IMG/VR virus record: IMGVR_UViG_3300042868_007814
Span: 1 to 36,851 of that record
Strand: one strand, 5' to 3'
Origin: a virus
DNA length: 36,851 nt
The translations under genes and the position numbers were made by a program. Within the stretch, counting starts at the first letter, position 1. The number at the start of each line of letters is the position of its first letter. Of this stretch, positions 1 to 8,308 are shown in pieces. Below the pieces are notes generated by a model. That model made no database searches. It worked only from the letters and a program-made list of their open reading frames with translations, and was not told the DNA's origin.

Positions 1-127
1 ACTTGGCGTAGGCCACAGCCGAGAACACAGCACCGGCCTTGTTGAAGGCTTGGTACGGAATCCAGCGGAAGCCCATCCAGGTGCCCTTAAGCGTGCCGGA
101 CTGCAACATCTGGCCAGCTAAGAAGTC
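1..127. repeat. Terminal overlap: bases 1-127 are identical to 36725-36851 (circular closure of the contig)
   Basis: Base-by-base comparison of both ends (acttggcgtaggccacagcc...gctaagaagtc) shows 127/127 identity. The repeat lies inside one continuous reverse-strand ORF. Confidence 0.95.
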
Positions 128-724
128 AGAGCTGGTCAAGGTGGTATCGGTCAAGACTTGCTGCAGCGCCACATCGTTGTAGAGCATGTAAAGCTCTTCG
201 CCGTTTTCATCGTCTGCTTCATTTGCGCGGAACAGCGCTTTAGCTTGGATGATCTTGGCCCGAGTGAAGCCGGTACCACCGGCAGCGATCTTCTGACCGG
301 CTGGCAGTGCGTAGCTGGTCAAGCCGTCTTGCGACAACAGAGTGCCCAACGCAGCTTGATAAATAATGTCATCAGCACGACGATTGCGGGCTGCCATCAG
401 AGAGGCCATGTACTGGCCACCAGTGACAGGGTTCACGAGCATCTTGGGGATGTCGTTGCGATCCATCGGGTACGCTTTGTAGAAGTCGCGCATCACTGCA
501 TTGCGGGCAGTGTGGTCGATTTCAGACCAGATGGTGTCACCGTGGCGAACGGTGTTCTCGTCCAGCGTGCCAGCGGATGCCAGGTTGTTGATAGTGAAAG
601 ACGCGCCTTCGATGGTGCCGCGATCAAATACGGTCTTCATCAGGCGGGATTCCTGCTGCTGGGCTTCTAGGCGCAGCGCGGTATCCCATTTCGTCACGAA
701 TTGTTGCGTGATAGTTACGGACAT
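1..724 (-). CDS. Major capsid protein, 5' part. The CDS runs off the left edge and continues at 36851..36579 (870 nt, 289 aa on the circle).
   Basis: Reverse-strand ATG at 724-722 preceded by GGAG (TTTTGGAGTTATTCATG). Manual translation MSVTITQQFVTKWDTALRLEAQQQESRLMKTVFDRGTIEG... stays open to base 1. It is in frame with track ORF 36579..36833 (724-109=615). It sits after portal and scaffold, as in T7-like head modules. Confidence 0.75.
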   Translation of the reverse strand, partial: MSVTITQQFVTKWDTALRLEAQQQESRLMKTVFDRGTIEGASFTINNLASAGTLDENTVRHGDTIWSEIDHTARNAVMRDFYKAYPMDRNDIPKMLVNPVTGGQYMASLMAARNRRADDIIYQAALGTLLSQDGLTSYALPAGQKIAAGGTGFTRAKIIQAKALFRANEADDENGEELYMLYNDVALQQVLTDTTLTSSDFLAGQMLQSGTLKGTWMGFRWIPYQAFNKAGAVFSAVAYAK

Positions 725-904
725 GAATAACTCCAAAAGTTGAACTTGGTTCGCCTTTCAGGTGATCCGTTTCCGGGCCTGTTGGTACGTCTCGTACTGA
801 CCGGCTCAATGTCAGAACTACGCGGGCTGTGCAGGTGATCCGTTCGCCACTTCGGGCCTGTGGGAGCGAATGTCCCACTGAGGCCCGGTCGGTTTCCCGA
901 CTTT
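725..904 (-). promoter_or_regulatory. Highly structured 180-nt leader between the scaffold and capsid genes
   Basis: Long imperfect hairpin at 854-886 (GGGCCT..GTGGGA / TCCCAC AGGCCC). GNRA hairpin at 888-901. Direct repeat caggtgatccgtt...cgggcctgt at 759-782 and 832-861. No ORF on the transcribed strand. Confidence 0.35.
886..902 (-). repeat. 17-nt hairpin motif copy 1 (plus strand CGGTCGGTTTCCCGACT; minus-strand RNA GUCGG-GAAA-CCGAC)
   Basis: Exact 17-mer shared with 4392-4408 and 23449-23465. This copy starts 3 nt after the scaffold stop codon. Confidence 0.9.
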
Positions 905-1882
905 TTAAGCGATGGGGGTGTCAGGCACCCCAGCTGTTACGAGCTTGTTCCACTTGGCGACGGTGGCCGCATGCTCGGGGTGGCGTGTATTGCGGAACGC
1001 TTCGGAGGCTTGTATGGTTGCTGCCTCGGCTATGCCACCGGCTGACGGTGTGGAGCCGCCCGGGTTCACTGACTTATCTTCCTTGAGCTGCGCGCCCACC
1101 ACGGCCATGATTCGATTGAATGCGGGACTGTTGCCTAGCTCGGCTTCTACCTCTTGCGGTGTGAGCCCTGCGGCCTGTGCAATCTGGTTCATGCCACGCC
1201 ATGCGGCCTGTCCGTTCTTTTCGTACTCAGCGCCCCATGTCTGCTTGAGGGTGGCTATGGTGTCTTCGGCTGACACCTTTTGCCCACCGTTGACCAGCGC
1301 GGGGGCAAGCTCGAAATACTTAACCATGGCGAATTCGAACTGGGCTTGCGAGAACCCAGCCTTGTGCGCGTCTTCCTTGAATTTGTTGGTGAGCGCATCA
1401 TCAAACGCCACGCCCTTCAAAGCCTCTGGCACTTCGGGCAGTTTGTATTCGGCTGCAGCCTTTGGACGTGCCCCGCCCTCCCCTAGTCGGCGCTCCAAAT
1501 TGGCGCGGTGTTCTTCTACTTTCTTCGCTGACGCCTGCGGGTCGACTTCGCCTTTGTCGTTCTTTACAAGGAACTTTTCGGGAATGAAGGCCCATGGGTC
1601 GGCACCCGCGCCAGCGCCTTCACCGCCGCCTGCTCCACTTGACGCATCAGCTCCGGCCCCAGCCCCCATTGCACTGCCAGCGTTTGCAGCTCCAGCACCT
1701 GGCGCACCGTTCGCGCCTGCTCCAGCCGCTGAATCAGCCCCCGCCGCGCCTCCACTTGCGCCCGCTCCAGAATCACTACCGCTGGCTGCGGCCCCGCCCC
1801 CATTGCCAGAACCTCCAGCGCCTGCGCCAGCCGCGCCCGGATTGCCTTCCATGTAAACATAGCGAAGTCCTTTTAGAAACAT
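905..1882 (-). CDS. Putative scaffolding protein with an approximately 82-aa Gly/Ala-rich N-terminal region
   Basis: 325-aa ORF between portal and capsid. AAAGGA lies 7 nt upstream of the ATG at 1882. The helical, charged C-terminal part is typical of scaffolds. The assignment rests on position only. Confidence 0.6.
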   Translation of the reverse strand: MFLKGLRYVYMEGNPGAAGAGAGGSGNGGGAAASGSDSGAGASGGAAGADSAAGAGANGAPGAGAANAGSAMGAGAGADASSGAGGGEGAGAGADPWAFIPEKFLVKNDKGEVDPQASAKKVEEHRANLERRLGEGGARPKAAAEYKLPEVPEALKGVAFDDALTNKFKEDAHKAGFSQAQFEFAMVKYFELAPALVNGGQKVSAEDTIATLKQTWGAEYEKNGQAAWRGMNQIAQAAGLTPQEVEAELGNSPAFNRIMAVVGAQLKEDKSVNPGGSTPSAGGIAEAATIQASEAFRNTRHPEHAATVAKWNKLVTAGVPDTPIA

Positions 1883-1900
1883 GATGTGTCCTTTGTGTGG

Positions 1901-2149
1901 TTAATCGGCTTGCGCCTCGATGTCGGTGGGTGCCACGCCATTGGCGCGGTTGATTTGCCCGACGATGTGATGCACGACTTTCGTGCTACCCAAGCGCTCA
2001 AAGGTCTTGAGCACCGCATCAATGCCGCCGTCTGTCACCGCTGGTTGGCTAAACCGCATAGTCAGGTATTCAAGAATTGCGGCCCCGCGTTTGTCTACTT
2101 CGAAGACTTCGCGGAATAGCTCTGGCGTTACGTCTGGCAAGCGACTCAT
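1901..2149 (-). CDS. Hypothetical protein (82 aa) between portal and scaffold
   Basis: ATGA overlap with the portal stop (2146-2149). Balanced amino-acid composition. Confidence 0.55.
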   Translation of the reverse strand: MSRLPDVTPELFREVFEVDKRGAAILEYLTMRFSQPAVTDGGIDAVLKTFERLGSTKVVHHIVGQINRANGVAPTDIEAQAD

Positions 2150-3750
2150 GCGGCGGCGGCGTTCTTGATTAAAGCCTCACCAGCCGCGCCTTGCATTTGT
2201 GCGGCCTGTTGCTGCTGCTGTTGCTTTGCGTCGGCCTCGGCTTTGAGCTTGCGCCGTGCCGTTACATCGTCCATGCTTCGAATCAGTTTGGCCGGCACAC
2301 CCAATGCGGATGCCTTGTCACGCTGGGCGGCCTCAAGGTCGACCAGGTCCAGCAAGGTCGGATCCATTTGACTGGCCTCGGCCAAGCCCATCAAGAAGGT
2401 GTCAATTGCTGTAACTTCCTCCAGGCGCTGCGCACGCGCCAGGGGCGAGACATACTTCACCGTGAAGTTCTTGTTGCGCAGGCTTTCCGGCGCTTGGCCC
2501 AGCACCCCGGCGCGATAAGCCAGGTTAAAGCAGCGCTCAATCAGGGGCTGCAAGAACTCAGCTTGCAAGCGGCCAAAGATGGGGCCAAGCTGCTGGCGAA
2601 TCAGTTGCACCCTGGCGTGCACCTCTGTGGCCGTCATGGCTGGACCTTCTTGGGGGTGCAGCTGGTCGGCTAGGAGAATCTTGCGGATGCTGGCCTGCAG
2701 CCGATCAGCCTTGGCAAACGACACATTGAAGTCGGCGCCAGTGACAAGCGGCTCCATGTTCTTGGTGTCGGCCATCATCACCATCTTGCGAGGTCCAATG
2801 CGCACCGTCTTGGGGTTCAGAATGCCATCGTCTACAGCCTTCCACATGCCGCTCACAGCAATGTCGAGGTTTGCAAGCTCCAGCTTTTGAATCTGGTTCA
2901 GCGTCTTAATGTCCGGTAGTGCGTCAGAGCCCAAGCCGGTGGCGTAAGGTGTGCCGGGGATCAGGCGCCAGCGTGGCACCGCGCACGGGAACTCGTCATA
3001 GCCGGATTCGCGCACCATGTGCTTGGTGCTCACCTCGTGGTGGTTGCTTGCAAAAGCTTTGTTCTTGGCTAAGCGTGGGCCAACGGCATGCACAGTGCGC
3101 GGGTAGATTGCCCACACAAACCAATGCTTTTGCCCAAGTGCATCACCGCCTTGGCGGTATTTGTCCTGCAACTGAGTGGACAGGTTCTTCAAGCCGTACT
3201 CGTTCACCGCCTGCTCTAGCGTCAGTTCAAACTCACGGTAGATTGTGTCCACCTTGCCCCCCGGCTTGCTGGCGCTGACGTAGCACTGTGACAGTGGCCA
3301 TTGCTCGAAGTGATAGCCGCCTTCGTCCTTCTCGTCAACGTACAGCACAAACCAACCGGCTGGCACCATGTCGCTGTGACACTCGCCCACCGCTGCGTCA
3401 AAGTTGGAAGCGTGGATGTTCTCGAAGATGATGCGCGCGGCATTGTCAAAGAATCGGTTTTCCTCGTCGTTCGCGCCGTCCGCCTTGAGCCCAAACCAGA
3501 TCGAGTTCGCAGGGTGCATGCCCGACGCAAAGCCCGAGGCCGCTACCCGCGCGGAGTCTATGGCTGTGCTGTCGTAGATTTCGGCCTTCTTGTTTTGCGC
3601 GTCCGAAGCCGTTACGGTGGTGCCTTGAAAGCCGTGCCCGCGCTCAGGCGACATGTAGTCGAACACATCCCGCCAAACGGTTTCATGCGGCTGGCGGTCT
3701 GACTTGAGCTGCCCCAATCGGCGGCAGTCTTGTTCGGCTACTTCGGACAA
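2146..3750 (-). CDS. Portal (head-to-tail connector) protein, T7 gp8-like family
   Basis: 534-aa ORF. The N-terminus (LKSDRQPHETVWRDVFDYMSPERG...IYDSTAIDS) resembles podovirus head-tail connector proteins. The C-terminus is acidic and Gln-rich. It lies upstream of scaffold and capsid. Confidence 0.85.
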   Translation of the reverse strand: MSEVAEQDCRRLGQLKSDRQPHETVWRDVFDYMSPERGHGFQGTTVTASDAQNKKAEIYDSTAIDSARVAASGFASGMHPANSIWFGLKADGANDEENRFFDNAARIIFENIHASNFDAAVGECHSDMVPAGWFVLYVDEKDEGGYHFEQWPLSQCYVSASKPGGKVDTIYREFELTLEQAVNEYGLKNLSTQLQDKYRQGGDALGQKHWFVWAIYPRTVHAVGPRLAKNKAFASNHHEVSTKHMVRESGYDEFPCAVPRWRLIPGTPYATGLGSDALPDIKTLNQIQKLELANLDIAVSGMWKAVDDGILNPKTVRIGPRKMVMMADTKNMEPLVTGADFNVSFAKADRLQASIRKILLADQLHPQEGPAMTATEVHARVQLIRQQLGPIFGRLQAEFLQPLIERCFNLAYRAGVLGQAPESLRNKNFTVKYVSPLARAQRLEEVTAIDTFLMGLAEASQMDPTLLDLVDLEAAQRDKASALGVPAKLIRSMDDVTARRKLKAEADAKQQQQQQAAQMQGAAGEALIKNAAAA

Positions 3751-3753
3751 TGG

Positions 3754-3963
3754 CTATCCCCCTAGAGTGGTTTTGCCAGCACCCAGCGCGGAAGCAGGGG
3801 CCAGCCCAGCGCCAGTGCTTAGGGCGCTCATGCGGCGCGTAGTCCGGCGGGTGGCAGTCTCGGCGTTGGCTGTGGCTTGCGCCTCGGCTGCGGCTTTTGC
3901 TGCGTCCGCTACCGGATCGTTTCTAATGATTGGCGGCGTCTTTGGTGGGTCTGCAAAGCACAT
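3754..3963 (-). CDS. Hypothetical small protein (69 aa)
   Basis: Packed with 3-nt gaps to both neighbours on the same strand. Ala-rich and low complexity, so weaker support. Confidence 0.4.
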   Translation of the reverse strand: MCFADPPKTPPIIRNDPVADAAKAAAEAQATANAETATRRTTRRMSALSTGAGLAPASALGAGKTTLGG

Positions 3964-3966
3964 GGC

Positions 3967-4320
3967 TTACTGCTTTTGAATTGCGGGGTTAGAGCCGTAG
4001 GAAGGTGGCACAAACCAGCCGTCCTTGGTCAGAACTGGGGATGTGATGATGCTCAAATCCAAGTCCGCCATGTTGGGTAGGTCTTGGGTCACTGGCTTTG
4101 CAGCTTGGACACCGCGCGCAAGGTTGGTTACTGCGGCTTGAAGCGCTGCGTTTTGCTCCATCATGGCAGCCATTTGGGCACGCATTTGGGCCATTTCGTC
4201 CAAGGGTTCATCGGCTCCGCTGGCCACTACATTGGCTGTGAAAGCGTCCCCTTTTGTCTCTTCGGGTTTTACTGTTTCGCCGGGTGTTTGAATTGCGCGG
4301 GTTGCTGCTTTCGTGGCCAT
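3967..4320 (-). CDS. Hypothetical protein (117 aa)
   Basis: AAGGAA RBS upstream of the ATG at 4320. Same strand as its neighbours and tightly packed. Confidence 0.55.
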   Translation of the reverse strand: MATKAATRAIQTPGETVKPEETKGDAFTANVVASGADEPLDEMAQMRAQMAAMMEQNAALQAAVTNLARGVQAAKPVTQDLPNMADLDLSIITSPVLTKDGWFVPPSYGSNPAIQKQ

Positions 4321-4391
4321 GATGATTCCTTTTCGGTGAGTTGAGATCAGGCGTGATCTGGTGGAGTAGCCCGCAGTGTTTGCCAGCCTGC

Positions 4392-4408
4392 CGGTCGGTT
4401 TCCCGACT
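4392..4408 (-). repeat. 17-nt hairpin motif copy 2
   Basis: Exact CGGTCGGTTTCCCGACT. Starts 2 nt after the stop codon (4411-4413) of the 86-aa HTH gene. Confidence 0.9.
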
Positions 4409-4410
4409 TT

Positions 4411-4671
4411 TCACCGTTTCGAGCTGGCACGGGCAGCCGATAGCAGGTCGTTCACGTTCAGCGGTAGCGACTCCCGAGGCAGGTTCATGACCTGGCACCA
4501 CAAGCCCACCAGGCGCTCGCCCTCCGCATGCCTAGGCTCCGCGTCCAAGATGCGCCAGCCCATCACTGTGGACTTGGCCACGTCAATCGCTGCGCTGACG
4601 GCGGTCACGCTGTAGCCCTTGTTTTGCAGCTCAGTCATGACCCGGAACCAATCGACGCGGACCCGGCTCAT
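4411..4671 (-). CDS. Small HTH DNA-binding protein (86 aa), possible late-gene regulator
   Basis: HTH-like segment YSVTAVSAAIDVAKSTVMGW. ATGA overlap with the upstream NinG-like gene. It is the last gene before the head module. Confidence 0.5.
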   Translation of the reverse strand: MSRVRVDWFRVMTELQNKGYSVTAVSAAIDVAKSTVMGWRILDAEPRHAEGERLVGLWCQVMNLPRESLPLNVNDLLSAARASSKR

Positions 4672-5237
4672 GCAGCCTCCAAATGCGCGCGCGCGAGGGC
4701 TTTCAACTTGGCGCGGTACTCAGCCTTGATGGCACGCAGGCCCTCGGCTGTCCACTTTGCCACCTGGTTGCTCGACTCCAGCGCCTCCACGCGCTCCAGC
4801 CCAATGCGGGCAATCAAGCCGATTCGGTAGTCAACCGCTCTGCCAGCGCCATAGCGATTACAGACCTTCCTTTGCCCATGGGCGTTATCCTCATGGAATC
4901 GCAGGTGAGAGGCGCTACCAGTACTGCGGTAGTGCCCACAGTCATAGCCACCGCCAACTTCGGCGAGTCCGAGAGGCTGCCCACAGCAGATGCAGGGTTT
5001 CGCCCGATCTCGTAGGCGTATGTAAGCGTTAAATGCAAATTGGGCCTCACGGATCAACTGGGGAATGGTCTTGATAGCTTCCTTGCGGGTGCGAACCTTG
5101 GCCCGCTCTTGGGCCTTGTCTGCCCTGACCTTGCGGGCTGCGCACATGGGGGAGCAAACGGACTGCATGGGGCGCAATGGCACGAATGGCTTGGAGCAAT
5201 GGGTGCACGGCCGTGGCTTGGGATTAAACGGCTTCAT
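4668..5237 (-). CDS. ninG: NinG/Rap-family recombination endonuclease
   Basis: Cys clusters (CTHCSKPF...CSPMC; CICCG) and CGHYRSTGSASHLRFHEDNAHGQRKVCN match the lambda NinG signature. The start was set to the ATG at 5237, which forms an ATGA overlap with the NinB stop. The track ORF begins at 5255. Confidence 0.8.
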   Translation of the reverse strand: MKPFNPKPRPCTHCSKPFVPLRPMQSVCSPMCAARKVRADKAQERAKVRTRKEAIKTIPQLIREAQFAFNAYIRLRDRAKPCICCGQPLGLAEVGGGYDCGHYRSTGSASHLRFHEDNAHGQRKVCNRYGAGRAVDYRIGLIARIGLERVEALESSNQVAKWTAEGLRAIKAEYRAKLKALARAHLEAA

Positions 5238-5692
5238 GGGCGGTACTGCTCCCAATCGGTAGCGCTGAAACGCACATCCAGCTCAGTCACCGCGTAGGCA
5301 ATGACCTGCTCGATGTACTTGGACATGGGTTTGATCTTCAAGCCCTTGGTGGTGCCCAGAGCTGTTGAGATCACAGGGCGCTTGCGGCCGGCAACGTAGG
5401 TTTTCGTTTTTTGGCGCGGCAGGTACATGCGTTTGAAAAACTCATGCCACGCATCGGACGTGTACCGAACGCCGCCGATCTTGGCTTGGTGGGCAATCTC
5501 GGTGTAAACCACACCCCAAAGGAATCTGCCTTGCTGCACGGTCTTGGCATCGTCCTCGGGCTCCACGGTGACGGTCAGGCGCTCAATGCCCTGCTCCCAC
5601 ATCGTCCGGCAGAACGGTGCGATTTGCTGGCTGATGCAGGCCTTGGCCTGGTCAGGGTTGATGAAGTAGGTTTGCAGGGCGTATTCGCTCAT
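5234..5692 (-). CDS. ninB: NinB/Orf-family recombination mediator (putative)
   Basis: 152 aa. GGAGG lies 8 nt upstream of the ATG. The QGRFLWGVVYTEIAHQ segment and overall layout resemble lambda NinB. It is adjacent to NinG, as in lambdoid nin regions. Confidence 0.6.
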   Translation of the reverse strand: MSEYALQTYFINPDQAKACISQQIAPFCRTMWEQGIERLTVTVEPEDDAKTVQQGRFLWGVVYTEIAHQAKIGGVRYTSDAWHEFFKRMYLPRQKTKTYVAGRKRPVISTALGTTKGLKIKPMSKYIEQVIAYAVTELDVRFSATDWEQYRP

Positions 5693-5864
5693 TGAACGCC
5701 TCCAGCAACTGCGGGCAATCGAGTGCCAGGCTGTACCACTTTGCAGCTTTGGCAGCGTAGGCAGGCTCCAAGGTGTGCATCCACAGGCAATGGTCTAGGA
5801 ATTTCGCTTGGTATGGGGTCATGGTGTGACATGAGGTAGCGCGCGGCGGCTTGGTGCTCGTCAC
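5652..5864 (-). CDS. Hypothetical small protein (start uncertain: GTG 5864 or ATG 5822)
   Basis: Protein-like sequence MTPYQAKFLDHCLWMHTLEPAYAAKAAKWYSLALD. The competing overlapping ORF 5689..5982 looks compositionally unnatural. Confidence 0.4.
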   Translation of the reverse strand: MTSTKPPRATSCHTMTPYQAKFLDHCLWMHTLEPAYAAKAAKWYSLALDCPQLLEAFNERIRPANLLHQP

Positions 5865-5885
5865 GCACCCATTTCCGGTTGGGCA

Positions 5886-6353
5886 TCATGCGGATTGCCC
5901 CAGCGCTTGTTTTGCCATTTGCACCACTGTCTGATTCCGCTTCAAGCCTCCCTGCACATCGCGCAGAATTGCTTTTGCCCACGCTTTGGGGTCATGGGCT
6001 GATGGGGATACCGCAGCTTGGCGCAGCGGGGCCAGCTTTGCGAGCTCAGCCTTCACGCGCTCAGGGTCGGCCTTGGGCTCTGGCAATCGTGGCTGCTCAG
6101 TCGCCGGAGCTTGGCGGCACAGGTTTTTGAACTGAATGACGTTAGGGCACCGCTCTGGCAGGTTTTCCAGCGCCCATGCAATCGGCATCATGCTTTCGCG
6201 GCTTCGCAGAAAGCCGTACAGCTCATGCCCCCATGTGGTCTTCACGTCCATGATGGGCGCTTGCCCTATGGCATTGTCCCAAGCCACGCCGTAGGTGGCT
6301 GCAAGGCGTTTGAAAACTCGGTCGATTGGGTTTTGCTCTGCAACTGCGTTCAT
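5886..6353 (-). CDS. Lambda P-like replication protein (helicase-loader family, putative)
   Basis: VFKRLAATYGVAW...MDVKTTWGHELYGF...PNVIQFKNLCR parallels the lambda P N-terminal pattern (VFSQLLATFP...RRQWVLAF...PSPGQFVAWCR). ATGA overlap with the upstream replication gene. Confidence 0.5.
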   Translation of the reverse strand: MNAVAEQNPIDRVFKRLAATYGVAWDNAIGQAPIMDVKTTWGHELYGFLRSRESMMPIAWALENLPERCPNVIQFKNLCRQAPATEQPRLPEPKADPERVKAELAKLAPLRQAAVSPSAHDPKAWAKAILRDVQGGLKRNQTVVQMAKQALGQSA

Positions 6354-7351
6354 TGGGAAATCTCCAAAACTTTTGACGCGGAATCAATCACCATGCCGCT
6401 GGCTTTTGGCTGGTTGTCGGGATGCGTCTCACCGGTCATTTGCTCCCAGCGTTCACGTCCAATGCGTGCGTCCCGCTCCCGGAAGCTCTCGCCCTGCGGT
6501 GCGGCTCGAGCCTTTGGCGCTGCTGCAGCGTCAGCCCTGCGCCCCTCTGCCATGGCGATTGCGTAGGCGAACCCCTTGCCAATTGCTACAGAATCCATAG
6601 CTGCTTGCCCAAGTTCTGCAAGCGTTAACCCGGCATTTATCGCGTTGACCAGCTTCGGGCTTGAGGGGTTTACTGAGGCCATGCCTGCAGCCTTCATCGC
6701 TTTGCAAACATCGCCAGGGGTTGGGCGCGCATCCGCGCTCTCACTACCGCTACTACCTACAGCTTTAGCTGTATCTCCCTGTCTCTGTCCCTCTCCCTCT
6801 CCCTTGGATGACGTTTTGCTAGGGACATGATCGGGACAAGTGGGGTTGTCCCTAGGGACAAACAGTGGGTGTCCTGCGGGACAACCAAGGGACACCCATT
6901 CTTCGTAAGAGGGTATTGGGTGGCTTGTCTCGTGTCTGTCGTTGTGCTTTTTAATACGGGCGCACTCAGTTTTCCAGCGCTGCTTGCGTTTTGCATCCCA
7001 TGCATCAAGAGCTTTTTCAACTACTACAGGGTGATACAAGCGCCCATCAGTGCATTCAATCCAGCCGCGCAATGCTCCAGCGCGCACCTTCATCCATTCC
7101 TTAACGATCCGACCGTACCCGGTTTGCTGGGCAAGCCACTTGTCATCGTTGGGAATTGAGGCTGCAGGCACCTGGTGCCATGACGCAGCCCAAAGAAGTA
7201 CAGCCGCCCAGCATGCTTCTGGTGACTCATTGGAAGCAAGATCAGAATCACGCAAGCGCGCAACGTCCAGCGGCATAAAAGCAAAATCGCGCAAGTCGCA
7301 ATCTGCTGGGGTTAATGGCAATGGAGGTTGATTCACAGGCAAAGCCCCCAA
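6350..7351 (-). CDS. Replication initiation protein with DUF1376 (YdaU-like) N-terminal domain
   Basis: DLRDFAFMPLDVARLRDSDL...EACWAAVLLWAASWHQVPAASIPNDD is the DUF1376 pattern. The track start is TTG, so the start is uncertain. Confidence 0.65.
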   Translation of the reverse strand: MGALPVNQPPLPLTPADCDLRDFAFMPLDVARLRDSDLASNESPEACWAAVLLWAASWHQVPAASIPNDDKWLAQQTGYGRIVKEWMKVRAGALRGWIECTDGRLYHPVVVEKALDAWDAKRKQRWKTECARIKKHNDRHETSHPIPSYEEWVSLGCPAGHPLFVPRDNPTCPDHVPSKTSSKGEGEGQRQGDTAKAVGSSGSESADARPTPGDVCKAMKAAGMASVNPSSPKLVNAINAGLTLAELGQAAMDSVAIGKGFAYAIAMAEGRRADAAAAPKARAAPQGESFRERDARIGRERWEQMTGETHPDNQPKASGMVIDSASKVLEISQ

Positions 7352-7662
7352 ATACGACCACCAGCAGTGCCGTGGCCCTTAGAGCGCATGCAAAAACCAA
7401 TGGTGCGAATAAGGCCCTTGCGACTTAAGCGAGAAAACACCGCACCAAATGCCCGCGCATCATGGGCCCGCGCGCCGTGGGCAATGGCCACATCGGTGAG
7501 CACTTCACCGCTAGCCTGCCCCACAGTGCGCAAATGCGCCAGGATGGCTGTAGCGGCCTTCTCTGAAAACTCGGGGTCTACCTTGCGCGCCTTTTTTTCG
7601 CAGGCGTTGGCAGCGCTTATGCCAGCCTCGTGCGCGTCGAAATCTATGGTCAGTTGGTTCAC
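7333..7662 (-). CDS. Hypothetical protein (109 aa)
   Basis: ATGA overlap with the upstream gene. Ordinary composition. Confidence 0.5.
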   Translation of the reverse strand: MNQLTIDFDAHEAGISAANACEKKARKVDPEFSEKAATAILAHLRTVGQASGEVLTDVAIAHGARAHDARAFGAVFSRLSRKGLIRTIGFCMRSKGHGTAGGRIWGLCL

Positions 7663-7934
7663 AGCGACCTCCCTGCAATGGCCTGAGTCCGTTCAGACTG
7701 GGCAGGCGTGGTGATGGGTAAGCAAAACGAGTGGCCAGCGTTGGAGCGCTGCGCAGCTTTCTTGTGGTACCGGGCTAGTGCCTGTGCACGGTTGCGCTGG
7801 ATGGTTATCTGCTCTTTTGTCAGCTCTACTGGCGCGGGCTTTAGGCGCTGAAGGTCAAAGCAGTTGCGGCCTGGGGGAATGTCCTCTAGGCCGGTGGTGA
7901 TGGTGCCCTGGGGCTTGCCTTGGATGTAGATCAT
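7659..7934 (-). CDS. Hypothetical protein (91 aa)
   Basis: ATGA overlaps at both ends in an operon context. Confidence 0.45.
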   Translation of the reverse strand: MIYIQGKPQGTITTGLEDIPPGRNCFDLQRLKPAPVELTKEQITIQRNRAQALARYHKKAAQRSNAGHSFCLPITTPAQSERTQAIAGRSL

Positions 7935-8308
7935 GCGGCCCTCAACTGCTGGATTTGTTGCTCGAGCTGGTGAATCAAAGCGTCTTTGCTCTTGTCGACC
8001 AACTCACAATTGAGCTTTTCAGCTTCAAACTGAACCGGCGCACGGTTCCCACATAGCTGCATCAATGCAATGCGCTTGTTTGCTGGGAAGTTGCCACGGC
8101 CTTTGCGTAGGCGGGAAAAGTGACCCTTATCAATGCCCAGTGTGTCCCGAATGGTTTCGTCGCTCAGGTTCGACAAGTTCATGCATAGATTCAGGGCATG
8201 CAGCTCGTCCTTACAGGCGCGAATGAACTCCACTGGCACATCTACCGGTGTGCGCATCACGGCCAGTAAAGGCATCTCGCGTTGCGAATGGTTGGCAATG
8301 GTTGACAT
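7931..8308 (-). CDS. Putative HTH regulatory protein (cII-position, 125 aa)
   Basis: Start taken at the ATG at 8308 (MSTIANHSQREMPLL...). HTH-like DETIRDTLGIDKGHFSRLRKGRGNFP and a C-terminal coiled coil. The upstream 102 codons of the track ORF are Pro/Ser/Arg-rich read-through. Confidence 0.45.
   Translation of the reverse strand: MSTIANHSQREMPLLAVMRTPVDVPVEFIRACKDELHALNLCMNLSNLSDETIRDTLGIDKGHFSRLRKGRGNFPANKRIALMQLCGNRAPVQFEAEKLNCELVDKSKDALIHQLEQQIQQLRAA

Noticed and set aside
1-127. Terminal direct repeat as a biological DTR or LTR
   Set aside because: The repeat lies inside the capsid coding sequence, and joining the ends restores one in-frame gene. Its 127-nt length fits an assembler k-mer overlap.
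912-1856. 314-aa plus-strand ORF antisense to the scaffold gene (plus several other ORFs in 1280-1884)
   Set aside because: It is a mirror ORF created by the GC-rich, low-complexity Gly/Ala tract. The product is Pro/Ala/Ser-rich with no start context. The minus-strand gene has an RBS and fits the operon.
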